This document shows, one piece after another, positions 10,513 to 23,874 of a DNA stretch of 64,000 nucleotides. The translations under genes and the position numbers were made by a program. The DNA is from Amoebophrya sp. A120 (Eukaryota; Protista; Dinoflagellata). Below the pieces are notes generated by a model that did not search any database, was not told where the DNA came from, and saw only the letters and a list, made by a program, of their open reading frames with translations. The stretch's first letter is position 1. The number at the start of each line of letters is the position of its first letter. Location: contig CAJINV010000021.1 of assembly GCA_905178155.1 (NCBI GenBank), forward strand, positions 982,579 through 1,046,578. The letters run 5' to 3'.

Positions 10513-13500
10513 CTAGTAGAACATCTTGACAAGTTCGTCTAGTTGCCTGCTCCACCGCCGGTCTCGCGTGCTCCGCTGCTTTGACCCTTTATGGTGTCTG
10601 TGGTGCTGATGTGGTCCTCCGCCTCCGTGCTTGGAAGTAGAGCTCCTGGTCATGCCACGGCTACTGGGACCGGCCAAGTATTCTTCGTGGAAGAGCTCAT
10701 CGTCCTGTGCTGGATCCTCTTCCTGAAAAAGGAAAGGGTTAATATTGTTGAAACCCAAACTACTGGCGAATATCCTGAGGAAAAACGTTCCCACCCCAGA
10801 GTTGTCATGCAGATTTGCAATGACAAGGACATTTGTGATGCGCATACCCACGGTAGACATTTTCAATCGTGTTTTGGAATTCGAATTTGTGATGCTATGA
10901 ACAGGATAAGCAGATGGATCTGTGATGCAGCTGCACTTGCTAACCTGCACTACACTACGGAGTGCAACTTGTCATGCGTGACTCCCAAACAGTCCTAGCT
11001 TTGTGTTGCAAAATCCCCATCTTGACTCTGGTGTGGGGACGTTTTTACTCAGGATAGCGAAAGCTCCTTCTACTTCCTCTGGGACCTCCGCACTGGCCCG
11101 GCGACTGGAGCGAATTCTTATAGTCTTCTCATCCAAAGGCGATATTACCCCGTCGTCCCGGACGAGGACTTTGCTCCTTCGCCGTTTCTTCTTGGGTGCA
11201 CGGTTATGTTGTCCGGTTTCGGCCAAATAATTTTGCGTCGACGGTACTACAGAGGGGGCAAGGTTGTAGCTTTTATCAGGCTCCTGCTGATGTAGAAGTT
11301 GTTGTTCATCTTCTTCCCCGGTTTGCTGTTCTCGAGGCGTTCTTGTGAAGATTTCATGTGGGGGCGGAAGACCGTTCCCTTGCTGACCAGCACCGTGGAT
11401 CGCGTTATTTGTTTCTGTCGAAGTAGATGTAGCTTTCATCTTCGTGTGACTGACAATACTATCACCTTCCTTGTCTGGCTGCGGCAATACAAACCGCCAC
11501 ACTGGCAGGTTCCGCCGCCTGCGTATCTCGGCGGTGAGATCGTTCACAGAGTCCGCTGGAGGTTGGGCTCCGGCTCCTGTGATCACCACAGGCACGGCAG
11601 GCTGCGATATTTGATGGCAATTATCGAAGCTCTGGTGAAGCTGATCGACTGCACCAGGATGTTCTACTTGAGCAGCCAGCAATTGTGGGTGTTGGTCAAA
11701 AGTCGACCCTTGCTGCTGCTGCACATGACCCGTGCAAGAATTCGGCTTCGCAGCCGCGAAATCGCGTCGGGAGCGTAACCGCACGGGCAATCTGCCTGGA
11801 TTGTCAGGAATTAGCTCGTCGTATTGCGGATCGTAGCCCATTATGCATTGCAGAAGTATCGTACGTAGTCATAATGTTTCGCAACACCAAATTTTGGCAA
11901 GAACAAAAGTGGGATCTGTAATGCTGATTCAGGTTGGAAAAGAGAAAGACATTTGTCATGCATGGCTGCAATTTAATATATGCGTGCGATACTTTTGCAG
12001 AGCATACCGATGTAGTGCACCCGGACGAGTTGGTCCTCACTTTTCGTATTCCGCATCACCTATGCAGGAAAGTAAAGAGTGTGTAAGTCTGTGATGCAGA
12101 AAATGCGAAAGAGTTATACACTATCATGTTGGCCAGCCATAATAAATTAATGTCCTGTTAACATACGTGTTTCTAGGTGCTAGCTGTGGACAGCACAGGT
12201 TTTCTTTGTATAAATATGCAAAATTTGTGATGCTGTCACACTAACACAGTCTTTTTCTTGGATATCACCTCTAGCACTTCGACGGGACGCCATTTCATCG
12301 ACCACAACGAGAGTGCTTCGTAGGAAAACCTCCGCGCTTCGAAGTTCTCCCGGGTGTCCTCCTGGTGGTCCTGCTGGGTCGTCTTCACTACGGTTGAATC
12401 ATTTTGCCCGTTTATTTCTTGGATAATTCCTTGTGCGATAATCGTGGATGCAACTGCGTTCATTTCCAGCACTTGACCTTCGCCAGTAGTGGTTCTTGCA
12501 AAGTCTGCTACTTCTGCTTGTTCCCGATCGCGCTTTTTATCCACCTCGGTCATTGGCGAGGAGCTTGATGAGCTTTGATGACGCGTGGTGGTCTCATCCA
12601 TAATTCTGCTGTTTTTTCCCTCTGCAAAAACATCGGTCGTTTTTCGGAACCGGCTGCAATGGCGCCAAATATCCGTCCGCAATCGCACATCCCGAACCAA
12701 GTTGAGTCTACTACTACTTCCGCCGCAAAACGCAGGAGAGGCATTGGCATGATTGCGCACGACAGGGTCGGCTTTAATATTGTGTAAGAGAGTTGTTGCT
12801 GTATCTCTACTGATGTTCATCTTGTTACTCCTGGCTGATGCGGGGCACAAAGAGTTCGAAGAAGAGGATGCCATTGCGCCCGCACCTGGTACTCCACCCC
12901 CCGGAGCTGCAGCACAGTGGCCCCCTCGTGCGGGTACCACATCTCGCCCGACTTCGTCGTCCACCATAATTTTTCGATCTTCTTCTTGCACTACCGCTTT
13001 CAAGATCTGGATTGCGAAGGGTTCCGAGCACAGCACGTTCCGGAAAACAGCTAACTGCTCCTCGTGCCACCTCTCGTCGACTCGGCCTGCAACTACACTC
13101 GCGAAAGTTGAAGTTGCCCCGCCGGCTGGCTGAAGAGCCTTGGAAGTAGAGCAAGATACACTGCTGGATGAAGAGGATGTAGTCGTGCTCTTGCTGTGTA
13201 CGGTTTCAAGCGGCTGCCCCCGAAGATGACCATCGCCTTCTCTACTTCGTTCTTCGCACAAGAGCGTCGACCCGTGATCCGTTCTTGTCGAATGGTTTAC
13301 TATTTCCTTCGCAGCTGAAGAAGCGAGCACAATGGGAACAGGGCTACTTGTTGTAGTGTGTTCAGGTGAAAATGATGTTCTTACATCATTCATCGTCGGG
13401 TATAGTTTTGTTTCGACCTGCTCCTGATGTTCTACTTGTTTCTTACTCATCTCCGCAGGATCGTTGACAATTAGACAGGCATCTTCTTCATCAACGAAAT

Positions 13501-16500
13501 TCAGCTCGTGGTCGGCTTCCATGGTGTTCACCAGGTCTGGGTGCGTGCTACTCAATCGCTTTTCATCCTCGTCAACACTTAGTACTTCTACGGCCTGTTT
13601 CCGCGCAAGTCGTACGGATTTCAAACTCGCACAGAAGATACTAGCAGAGTCTTGTATCTGCTTGTAGTTTTCATCTTCGTGGTCCGATGTTGTAGTTGTG
13701 GTCCACATAGTAGTACTTCTAGTAGGCCTCGATGTTCTGCTCGTCGCTCCAGAAGTACTATTTTTCCTCGTTGTAATCCGCAATGCGGATTCAAATTCCT
13801 TGCTTCCCTCGTCCCTGTCCCTGTTCTCCTCAAAGTCGTGTGGCAGGACATGATTACCAGGCGCCGCTTTTTCCACCACAGTCTCCGCCGCGACAGCGAG
13901 CTCGGTGAGCAGTAGGTCCCACAGCCGATGCCTAGTTGTCGCTTCGGCCACCGGAATGCCGAAGATTGCGGTTTTGGCTCCGTAGTAGTCCTGCGTGAAA
14001 ACGTATGGGAAGAAAAAAGTGTGTTGACAGTTAAAAACTGTGTTGCGGACCACGCAAGAGCGACAAGGTCTGTCATGCCGAATATGCTTATGGGAACTTT
14101 TTAGCTCCATAGGTGTTTTCCGATATAATGTCGTCTGCGTTGCAAGTTTCGGCTGTTTTCCGTTGCAAGTTTCGGCTGTCATCAACATGCACAGCGAATT
14201 TGATTTTCTGACTGCCAACACGTTATATTTCCCTGGATAAAAACCGATCGAACCGGCTGCGGACGTAGCAGGCCAGCGCGAATAGGTTACGCAGGTTCTG
14301 TGACTGCATGGAATTCTTCCGGTTTTGCTCCTCCTCTTCTTCAAATGTAGAGGTTGCCCGATCTTCATGTTGGTCCTCCTTCTTCAGCATGATCTTACCT
14401 ATCCCCGGCCGCGGCGGCGCCTCGGCATGAAGATTCGAGGTCGTTGCGCCGGTACCTGGATTTCTTATCGCCGCGAAGGTAGAAGATGAGGAAGAACATA
14501 TCCTGAGTAAAAACGTACCCGCGCCAGAGTTGTAATGCAGATTTGCAAAGACAGGAAGACTTGTAATGCGCATCCCCATGAGAGCCATTTCCAATCGTGT
14601 TGTGGAATTTGTGATGCTGTGAACAGGATGAGCAGATGGATTTGTAATGCGGCTGCGCCACTTGCTAACCTGCACTACGCTGCAGAGTGCAACTTGTCAT
14701 GCGTGACTCACAAAACTCCTAGGTTTGTGTTGCAAAATCCCCGTCCTGACTCTGGTGTGGGTACGTTTTTACTCAGGATAGAACATGACTTACTGTTGTT
14801 GTCCACCTGCTCGCGTTCCTATGACACCCTCAGAATGGAAATCCTCAAAGTGGAAATAATTTGTGATGCAGGAAATGCGAAACCAAAAAGACTGTATTGC
14901 AGAAAACGCAATGGAGGCCGACTATTGTGCTTCTACGGGTTCAGAATTGGGCTGCTGATTAGCATGACAGAAGGGCACCCGTTTGCCTAACTAGCATGAC
15001 AGACACGTTTAGGTGCCCGGGAAATTTGTCATGCGCCGACTAGAAATGGCGCTCCAACTGGAGTCGTTTTTTTGCATTACAAATTATTTTCACTTTGAGG
15101 ATTTCCAACCTGAGGCTTTCATAGTTCCGGCGACCCCTTCGCGGTCGACGCCATCGTGGAAGTGTTTTCGATCTCGCCGACGCCCGACGGACTGCACATG
15201 AACCCTTTCAGATTGTTCTCGTTCAGTTCCCCCCGACGCGGGGGCACGAGGACCCTGTTTAATATTTCATCATGCTGCTCCGAAGAGGTGGAGAACGTCG
15301 CGCCCTCACGCATATTCGATGAATTCTTCGCATTTTGCTGCTGCTGTCCTCCTGCAACAAGAAGGTCCCTCGCGGCAGCTCCGTGCGAATCTTTATCGCT
15401 GTTAAGTTTTTCTTGTACTAAACCACTGCTCGTACCATTCACTGCGGTCGTGGTAGTACAACGACCTCGGCTTGCGCTACTGCTCATGCTCGTTTTCCGT
15501 CTGGTCCGGGTCGTTCCCGACCCAGAATTCGCGGTGGAATACATGCTCGTGTTATTTATTGTCATCGAAATAGAACTGCTGCAACTACTGTTGCCTCCTG
15601 CTCCGCGGCTGCACAGGGTCTTTGCGGTCTCGCTGGCGTTGGTTTTCTGCAAATAATTTTTCACACACGTCATGTGCATCACGCTCGACGGCCCCACGTA
15701 TACCTTCTGCGGCTTCGACTTTTTCTTCTCCTTACTGGATTGATGATGTGTGCCACTTTGGAGGCTTGTTGCCCTCGAGGTTCTTCCAGTAGACCGTCGG
15801 GTAGTATTACAGCCGAAATTTTCTTGAATATGTTGTTCCTTAACGGACTTGGAGGCCGTGGTGGTCACGAAGCTGACAAAGCTGCTATTCAACGCGGCGG
15901 CGCCCGTTGGGGAAGAAGGATTTCCACCGGCTCCCAAAACCGCATCCTCGGTCTCGTCGCAGACGTTTGCGGGTACGACAAGCACGTTGGTTGACGTCGC
16001 AGCCGTTTGTGCTCCTGGTCCTGGTCCGGTTGTTGCGCCGGGTGCAGCAGCTGCAGCTCCGTGATCCGTAGTGGAAACAATATGCTCCCCGCCGCCCGAT
16101 GTGGAACTACCGGATGCTGAAATGATGATGCGGGAAGGGGTTGCGGCGCCGCCAATCTTCATCACGCTCGGCGCGTCGTCGTATGGAAGGTCACAACGCC
16201 CCCTTCCCCACATTTGCAGGGCATGAACAGCAATACAAGTGCCAGCAAGATCAAGATGAATGCAGGTTTTGCATGACAAATCTGCACAGGTGCAGTGTAG
16301 TGCTATTTGGACTGTCAGAACTTGTCATGCAAACAGTGCTTGAAGGTGTGGCGTGGATTTGGTAATTTGCATCATGTACAAATAAGAATGTAGGCGGGTG
16401 AGGGAGAGTTGGCACGGTGATACGTCGGTAGAGGATTCGATCAGGAGATTGGACGTGCCGCGAAGCATCAGGGGTGGTGGTGGCTGTATCAAACGGGGCT

Positions 16501-19500
16501 CGTCCTGTTTGATGCTTTTGGTATCGGCACCCAGGTCGTTCCTGTCATCGGTGGCTTCATCTTCGTGCTTGTCCGTCTCTTTATTATTATTTTCTGCATT
16601 AATCGCGAGAATTTGTTTGGGAACGGGAAGCAACTCTGCGGTGGTTCTGGTCTCTTGCTGATCATGACAACAAAGATGTTGTGCACCAACATCACGATCT
16701 TCCTCCTCCTCGACTTCTTTTAGCAAATTCCGCAAATCATCCTGATCTTCTGGCGCTTCGGTCGAGGGCGTGATCTTGTTGCAACTGAGAAACTCGTCCA
16801 CATCGACATCGTCGGCACGAAGATCGTCCTTGGCTGCTTGTTCCAGTCTCTCCACGAGGATGCAGCTCTGACCCCCTGCTGCTGCTTCTTCCTTGATGCT
16901 ACCGCTACTGCTATTGCTTTCAGCCGACCCTGGAACTTGTTCGCCTTTGATGGTGTTCAGCGCCGTCGGCACCATAATCGTGCGCTTCTGTACTGCTCCA
17001 GAAGTAACTCTGCTTACTATTCCGTTATGATCTTCCGTGGTGTCGTCGTGATCATGGTCTTCTGCGGACGTAGACGACGTCCCCGCGCCATCCCCGCCCG
17101 CCCCCGCCGTGTGCGCGTCGTCATTTTCGTGCTCGCCTTCCGCCGGGAACAGGTGCTGAAAAAGATCCGCGGCACTTGGACTCGCCGCCACGCCGCCTCC
17201 CCCAGCGGTAGGCCGCCGAGAGCCACGGAGTTGTTGGGCAGCTTCCTCCTGGTTCGGGTTGTTTTCGAGAAGAGGTGGACTCGCTGCAGCTGTCGCAGCA
17301 ACAGGACCACAAGTAGAGTTGTGCCGACTTCGGTTTTTCTCCCTGATGTCTGAGGTACCAAACTCGACTTGTTCATCTACTTCCGGGAGCGTCTTCGAAA
17401 ACTGGTACAAAGCCCTGAAAAAGGTTTGCGTCAAGTAGTCCCACAGCTGCGCCAGCAGTGCCCGAAAGTGTGACTTTTTCCGCAACGTTTTGCGCAGCAA
17501 ATCGACCGCCTCCAGCAGTTCCGGGAAAAGCTTCTCGAGCTTGTTCGAGGACGTTGTCCCGGTATTGTTATTTTGCACGACCTGGAGGTGGTTAATATGA
17601 TCCATCGCACCAGCCCTACAGCCGTTCGTTGTTCCAATACTAGTACCGCCTCCCATGTGAAGAAAGGACCCCGCACGGTGCAACGCAGCTCCTGGACCAC
17701 CACGAGGACCGGAGCTACTACTACAGGAGGCCGAGGAGGAGAGCGACTCCTGGTGCTGGTACTCCAGGGGCGAGCTCAAAGAGTTGTGCTCGCCGGACTG
17801 CTGCTGCACCGGTCCAAAGGTCGCGGTTCGCGTGAGTGAAGAGTCGAATTCGTCGACCCAATCAAAAAGCGGCAGATCGGCAAGGGCGCTGTCAACAAGC
17901 AGTTTCAAAACGGAGAAAACTTCCGCACGAAGACCGTCGGAAAGCTCCTGCAGCGCCTTGACGCTGATCCCGACAAAAGAGCCGTGGTCGTGAGGGTGTG
18001 CGTCGTCGTAGTGGTGGTGCTCGGAGGCCTTAGTTGCGCCGCAATCGACCCTCGGCGATGAGCAGTCGTTGACACCTCTAGTATTTCTTGCTGGCGCTCC
18101 TACACTACTACCGACATCGATTGTATAAGCAGGTGTGTTCGCTACATCGTCGTTGGCAAAGTTATCATCTTCAAAGCTGCACTTACTCCCCGCCGCCGCC
18201 CTCCGCCCCCGCGGCGCCGACCTGCCGATCTTGCTGTGGCGCCGGCGTTCCTCTCGCTTGGCCTTCCGGGTTGAGAAGATCGCGGTATGATGTTCGCTCG
18301 CTCCACTCGGCGAATACAGGGTGGAAGCGACGGGACTGCTTTGCCGCTGCTGGCCATACGATGACCCTACTACTCGGTCGTCATCGTGGGCAAGATTTTT
18401 ACCAGTCGCAGAAGGAACAACGGAGCTGCCCACTGGGGGAGTGATGTGTCCGCTCGAGGGGACGACACAGTTCTGGGCTGCGCCAGAATTACTCATCTCG
18501 CGGCCCTTTTTCATCCGTCGCTTCAACGTTTTCCACATTTCTTGTTTCTTCTTCAACTTCCCAGCGGCCTGCTGCAGCACACAGTTTGCAGTGGGAAATT
18601 TTCCGGAACTGGACTGAATGGAGGCCGATGTTGGGCTTCGGGGCGACGGCACGCCTCCAGTTGTAGAAGTGTGGTTCTTTATGATCGTCGGTGCCGGCGA
18701 GGACATGCGAATCAGGTGCGAGGTGCGCTTCTCGGGAAAGTGATTTTCGAGCGGCCCGGTCCGCGCGCAGTTCTGCTCCCAATCAGTCGCCGTGAGTTTT
18801 ATTTTCCTTTTTGACTTGCTCGAAGAGTGGTTCTTGTGCCTCGTTCTTGCCTGTTGAAAATGTTCCTCATTTATTGCGAAACTGCCATGCAGGTCATCGT
18901 TTCCATTCTGGATACGAGGGTCCTCCTCGTCATCTCCTCCACCTGTGGGTCGTCGTGTCATTGCGGCGGTCAGTTCTCCTTGAACAAACTCAGGTCCTCT
19001 CCGTGATGTTGTCGTGAAGCCCTTGTTGTGTTGACCGCGCCTCGTACTGCGAGGAGCAACGTGATTTTCAGTACAAATACCTTCGCCGTCGTTATAAAAT
19101 TCTTCGGACGAATCATCGTCGTCAGGGTCGAAGGCTTGCAGGACCACAGCTTCCTTCTCCAGAGCGCTACTCGCGATTTGGGAAACGTCGTTTAGGCAGG
19201 AAACCAGAAACAGCAAATGCTGCATCAGATCTCGGTTGTTGCGACCACTTGTCCCGCTGGATCGGCGGCAGTTGGTGGCCATCAACAGTGACCCTCTTGG
19301 GTCCTGTGTCATCGTGATGCGCCGAAGCGTGCTGGTGTTGGGACCAGCCCCGGCAGGATTCTTGTTCAGGCCGTGCGATGCTGGGTGGAGATGGTCGCCT
19401 CCAAGCGCCGGCCGCAGGACGTTGTTGCTCGTGTTCCCCCCCGCGGCGGAGTCAGCTGCCAGAGTGGACGACGTCGTTGAGTTACTAGTGCCATTCTTCA

Positions 19501-21749
19501 ATTGGCCGACTTTATCTATTCCCTGTTGCAACAGCTGGTGCTGGTGGTGCGCAACGGCAACACCTCCACCACCACCGCTTCGGGGAGAAATAAAACCGGC
19601 CATGGCGGTGACGCTTTGGGCTTTGCAGTGCTCCAGCAACAGCTTGCAGTAGTGCTGGATGGCTTGCGCGAGGGCGTGCACCACGAAGTCATGCTGGCCG
19701 TACAGGACGAGCGCCCCATCGATCAACGAGAACAGGTCTACGGGCCCGGTGGTGAACAGGGGCACCTGATCGACCTGGCTGCTGTAACCATGTTGCGATA
19801 GACCACCGGTGTGGCAATTGTAATTCATCCCGGACAGTCCTCCCCCAAGCAAACCGCATGTAGATGATCCTGCCAACATGTGCTGCTGCAGCTGCGAGTT
19901 TAAGTGCAGCGAGCTGTGGGGGTCGTAGTCGAAGCTGCACAGTTTTTCCGAAGAAAAAGTTCTCGTCAATCCTCCACCGCCATTATAGGACGTACTGAGC
20001 CGCGGCGGCGCGCCGAAATTGTAGCTCGGGCGCGCCGGAGCAAACCCGAGGGAGGCTGAAGAAGATCCTGTTGTAATATTGTGGGGCGAGCTGGCGAAAG
20101 ACTGCCGCCTCGACGAGGTGGTGCCATAATGAACTACGCTGCTTTATGGTCTTCTCAAACGTCACACTCTCAACTGTTGCATGAATCTGTAATGCAAGAA
20201 TGGCAAAAGCCAAAGGGGGAAGATTGCAAAAATCGCATTACAAATCCCGCGCAGATTTAGGTGGTGTTTAGCCCTTCGCAAATTTGTCATGCGAAGCAGC
20301 TTGATCTTGTGGATGATGACGGTACTTTGATAACAGTTGAGAATGTAACATTTGAGAACTCCATATGCTTCTCGGAGGTGGCGCTAGGAGCTGGCTGCAC
20401 CGGCCCTCGACCTGCGGGCCCCAGACGCTCGGGCGGCCGGTGGGGCGGCTGTCCCGGACCACCTCCAGACGCTCGACAATGGCCTTGAGTTGCGGGTCGA
20501 GCACCTGTAGAAGTGGCAGAAAAATAATATAAAAGTGCGGCTTGTGAATACCGTTATTCACTCATAATTGTCTTGCATGAAGCTGGACCAGACCCCGAGG
20601 CTGCAGCGCATTCATTGTTTTGCATGCATCTATGGAACAAGATGCAAATGAAGGATCGAATCGGTGTTAAAGAAGATCTTCTATTGCGTAGTACAACAGT
20701 AGTACCTGTGCAATTGTCGAAGTGCATAGGTCAGTGACAGACGGCAAAAACTTGTCGTAGTATTCCGGATCGTGTACGAGGGACCCTTCCGACAGTGCGA
20801 CTCCGTAATTCTGCACGAACCTGCCGAGCAGCGTGATCGCGTGCACGCATCCGTGGAAGTTTTTGCTCGCGAGCTGACTCAACGTCGTGGTGGAGGATCC
20901 TCCTTTGCTGGAGGCAACTGCGTTCTTCGTGCCAATATCCGTGTATGATGACGTTGCGCCACTAACGGAGGTGATCGTGATCGAAGGCATGGGGCCGAAA
21001 TCGGACAGCGTTCCTGCCATAGAAGTACAACTCGTGGTCCCTCCAGTCGGACTCCTGGCGGGAGGTTGTTGTACAGAAGCTCCTGCTGATTTAACATTAC
21101 TTGCGCAAGTTTTCCCAGCAGCAGCACTCGGATTTTTCCCGCCACTCACCGCCGCGTTACACGTGACTTGCAATCTTGAGGTCAACTGATCTAGCACAAG
21201 GCACACGCGGCGGTGCACTGACCACACGTAGAGTTCGGCCGCGACCGTGCAGCAGTCATTCGCATTCCGGGCTGCCTGCATCAACAACGCCTGGAGTTCC
21301 AGGCTGGCGCGCGTGTTCACGAACTCCTCGAGCATCACCAGCACCGTCTCCACCGTCGGCCGCTTCTCCGCACCGGGGAGATGAAAAGTAGACTGAACAT
21401 CATTATCCTGATGAAAAGTACTAGCCCGTCTTTGCTGATGGTGATGACCACCGCCCATGATGAGCCCGGCCTTGCTGCGCCGTCGGGAAGAAGAAGGCAT
21501 TAGAGTTGATGTCCTCCCGTGCAGCTGCTGTCCATGTCCTCCCGGCCGTCGGACGTTCTTTCCCTGCGGCAATTTCGAAAAATCTGGCTCCGCTGGACTG
21601 CCATGACGGGTCGCGCGCCCACGGTGAGTGGTGCGCCGCCGACGGTGATGGTTGTACGACGACCCTGCGTCAGCGTTGTACTCGTCTTCGCCATCGATCG
21701 ACCGGGAGGGGCCTAGAAATTGATGCGATTTCGCTCGTGCAGAAGACAT
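10513..21749 (-). CDS. Very large protein: divergent exocyst Sec6/EXOC3-like helical blocks, long low-complexity inserts and a C-terminal Tudor-knot/chromo-barrel-like domain; 8 introner introns and 1 GT-AG intron (20505-20705); 5' end uncertain
   Basis: ORFs 20667-21884, 20268-20561, 16325-19969, 15119-16279, 14223-14675, 12236-14368, 10972-11841 and 10513-10950 join in frame on element removal. LFTTGPVDLFSLID and LFLVSCLND resemble Sec6 (by eye). KWRPVEVLEV|MRNTKSEDQLVRVHYIG|YDPQYDELIP...RL resembles a chromo-barrel. Confidence 0.6.
10771..11056. mobile_element. Introner element, family C
   Basis: TIR TATCCTGAG(G/T)AAAAACGT(T/C)CC; TSD GCGAA. Confidence 0.95.
11842..12006. mobile_element. 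Introner element, family E
   Basis: TATGCATTGCAGAAGTATCG...CGATACTTTTGCAGAGCATA; flanks CCCAT/CCGAT. Confidence 0.85.
12061..12264. mobile_element. Introner element, degenerate family J
   Basis: TAT...ATA ends, weak TIR, TSD TCACC; removal restores LEV|MRN. Confidence 0.8.
14004..14239. mobile_element. Introner element, family I (degenerate)
   Basis: TATGGGAAGAAAAAAGTGTGTTGACAGT / ACTGCCAACACGTTATATTTCCCTGGATA; imperfect flanks; removal gives DRF|FTQDYYG. Confidence 0.7.
14499..14780. mobile_element. Introner element, family C
   Basis: Family C TIRs; TSD GAACA. Confidence 0.95.
14820..15123. mobile_element. Introner element, family B
   Basis: Family B-like TIRs; TSD GTTCC. Confidence 0.9.
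16182..16422. mobile_element. Introner element, family H
   Basis: TATGGAAGGTCACAACGCCCCCTTCCCC...GAGGGAGAGTTGGCACGGTGATA; TSD CGTCG. Confidence 0.85.
20145..20365. mobile_element. Introner element, family D
   Basis: Family D TIRs; TSD TGCTT. Confidence 0.92.
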
Positions 21750-22626
21750 GATAAACACTAGTGACACGACAGCACCACGCGGCCATAATCGTAATGCCAG
21801 TAGGTGACGCTGACGCAAAAGTAGAAGCACAGCCAATAAATTAATAAGGCTGCAATTGCGAATAGGGAAGATGAACATGATCAAGATCAGCCTCGGTCGA
21901 GAATCATAAAAACAAAAATTATAGTACGCGACAGCAGGTCAGATCCGCTGTGCAAATTCGGTGTCTCCCGGCGATCCGGGGACGGACTGCGATTCAGGTG
22001 CGAAACCCGAAGAAACGATTGCACCCGCTGTGGTCGTACCGAAGGGCGCTCCATGTAGTCATGGCTTCGCAAGGACGAATTTGAGGAACGCCGACCCGAC
22101 CCTGACTTCCGCTTGTGCTTGCTCCTCGACGTCGTCCCGGGGCCTGATGAAGTAAAGCAGGGGTCATCTTTTTAATGTTTGCTGGATTTTGAAGATCAAG
22201 ATTCTCACCCGCATCACATTTCGAAAATCATTTCGTATGAAAACGATGCATCGATTTCGATTTCCTGCTTCTCGTCCCTTCTAAATAAGATTTCGCTGTC
22301 GAAAGTTGAAGTTCAAATTGTACCTGCTATACCTCCTGATCCGCCTCCTGTCGTGCTTTCCTCTGGGTCCTCACAGGACTCGAGGACAACGTTGTCCACC
22401 AATGCGGATATCAAATCCTTCTCCGAGGCGCGAAAGATCAGCGCGTGAATCGCAAATCATGCGAATAAAAATTTACCGTAGAAGTACAACTACACGTACA
22501 AAATGCATCATAAGTTCTTGTCAAACTTCTAAAGTAGCATGAGACTTGTCATCCTGAAAATGGTTGGTGAACAAGAGACTTTGTCATGGAGCTGCGTCAG
22601 GACCATGTTCTGCTTCTGGTTTGCGT

Positions 22627-23818
22627 TGCAGCCTCGTCAGCAGGGAAGATGGCCAGCGCCACAGCTGGGGCGTTCGGGGGTCGGAAGCCGAGCCCGGGCG
22701 CCCCGGATGAGGATTGACCTGCGTGCTATTGGAGGGGGCCTGGCCTCTGGCGAATCGCCTGTCCACTGCCCCAGGACCAAAAGTCACCCAAAAGGCGGGG
22801 CCGGAGAGCCCAGCCTCGCCGTGCTTAAAAAACATGATCATACGAATTCCGGCATCCGCTGGCCCTGAGCCGGGCCAGGACGATTTCTTGTCTTCGACAC
22901 AAGAAATTCACGGACTTTTTCGCAATTTTCGCGGACCGCGAAAATTGGCAATTTTGGGCATGATCATGCTTTTTCTGGTGAGGGCCTTATGTGCCCTGTG
23001 CCATCGTGTTTGAAAAACATGATCATACCATTTTTCCGCAGCTCAGATTTGTCACTTTTGGAGAAGTTGGAAAATTTCTAAAAGAAAATGACACAAAGTA
23101 GGGTATGATCATGTTTTTTAAACCGATGCTATGGCGCGAAAACGCTGAAAAGTAGCACTTTAAAAAAACCGCCAATCACGATGGTATGAGGCAGGTCAGG
23201 AAATATGACCATGGCCGCCGTTAGCTCGTGGCCAAAAAACATGATCATACTCAAAAAAGAGGCACTTTTGGCCCTCCCGTAACACAAATTTCGCGCATGT
23301 GCGCGCACTTTTTTCGCTGTTTGATTTCCGTTTTTTCCTCCACCCTGATCACCGCCGGCATCCGGGCTTTTCGGCCGGCGCGGGGGCAGCTGAGCTGGCC
23401 GCGGACGGGCTTGGGCTTCTGGCCTTTGTGGCCATCTATTACTCCAGGTCTTTGTGTTGCTGTTGAGTCAGCAGGATCACGCTCATGATCATGCTGAAGG
23501 AGCAAGCGTTGCACATGTGACCCGCCGGGCGTCTTCTCGTATGCATCGCGCCCACTACACTTGCAGACGCGAATCGCGACGGAATGGCCTGTCTTCTATG
23601 GCGGCCGGTATCTCTGACGAAGATCTCTCCCGTTGGCTATCATAGTCATAACAAGCGGCCACTTTCTAGCTAGTTAACCACCCCACCCATATGTCGCAGC
23701 GAAAATATACCAGACACATTGTTCCTGTGGGGGGGATGCCGCATCAAAAATGAAAAAAAAATCGATTTTTGCCGAAAAGTGGCCTTTTATGAGTATGATC
23801 ATTTTTTTCAGCGCGATA
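22627..23818. mobile_element. 1.2-kb insertion built from modules bounded by inverted AAAAACATGATCATAC motifs, flanked by a 30-bp direct repeat
   Basis: TCAGGACCATGTTCTGCTT(C/T)TGGTTTGCGT at 22597-22626 and 23819-23848; right end ...GCGCGATA; motif at ~22828, 22958, 23013, 23103, 23235 and 23793 in alternating orientation. Confidence 0.7.
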
Positions 23819-23874
23819 TCAGGACCATGTTCTGCTTTTGGTTTGCGTGTACTCGGTAAACAAACTGGTGCGTA

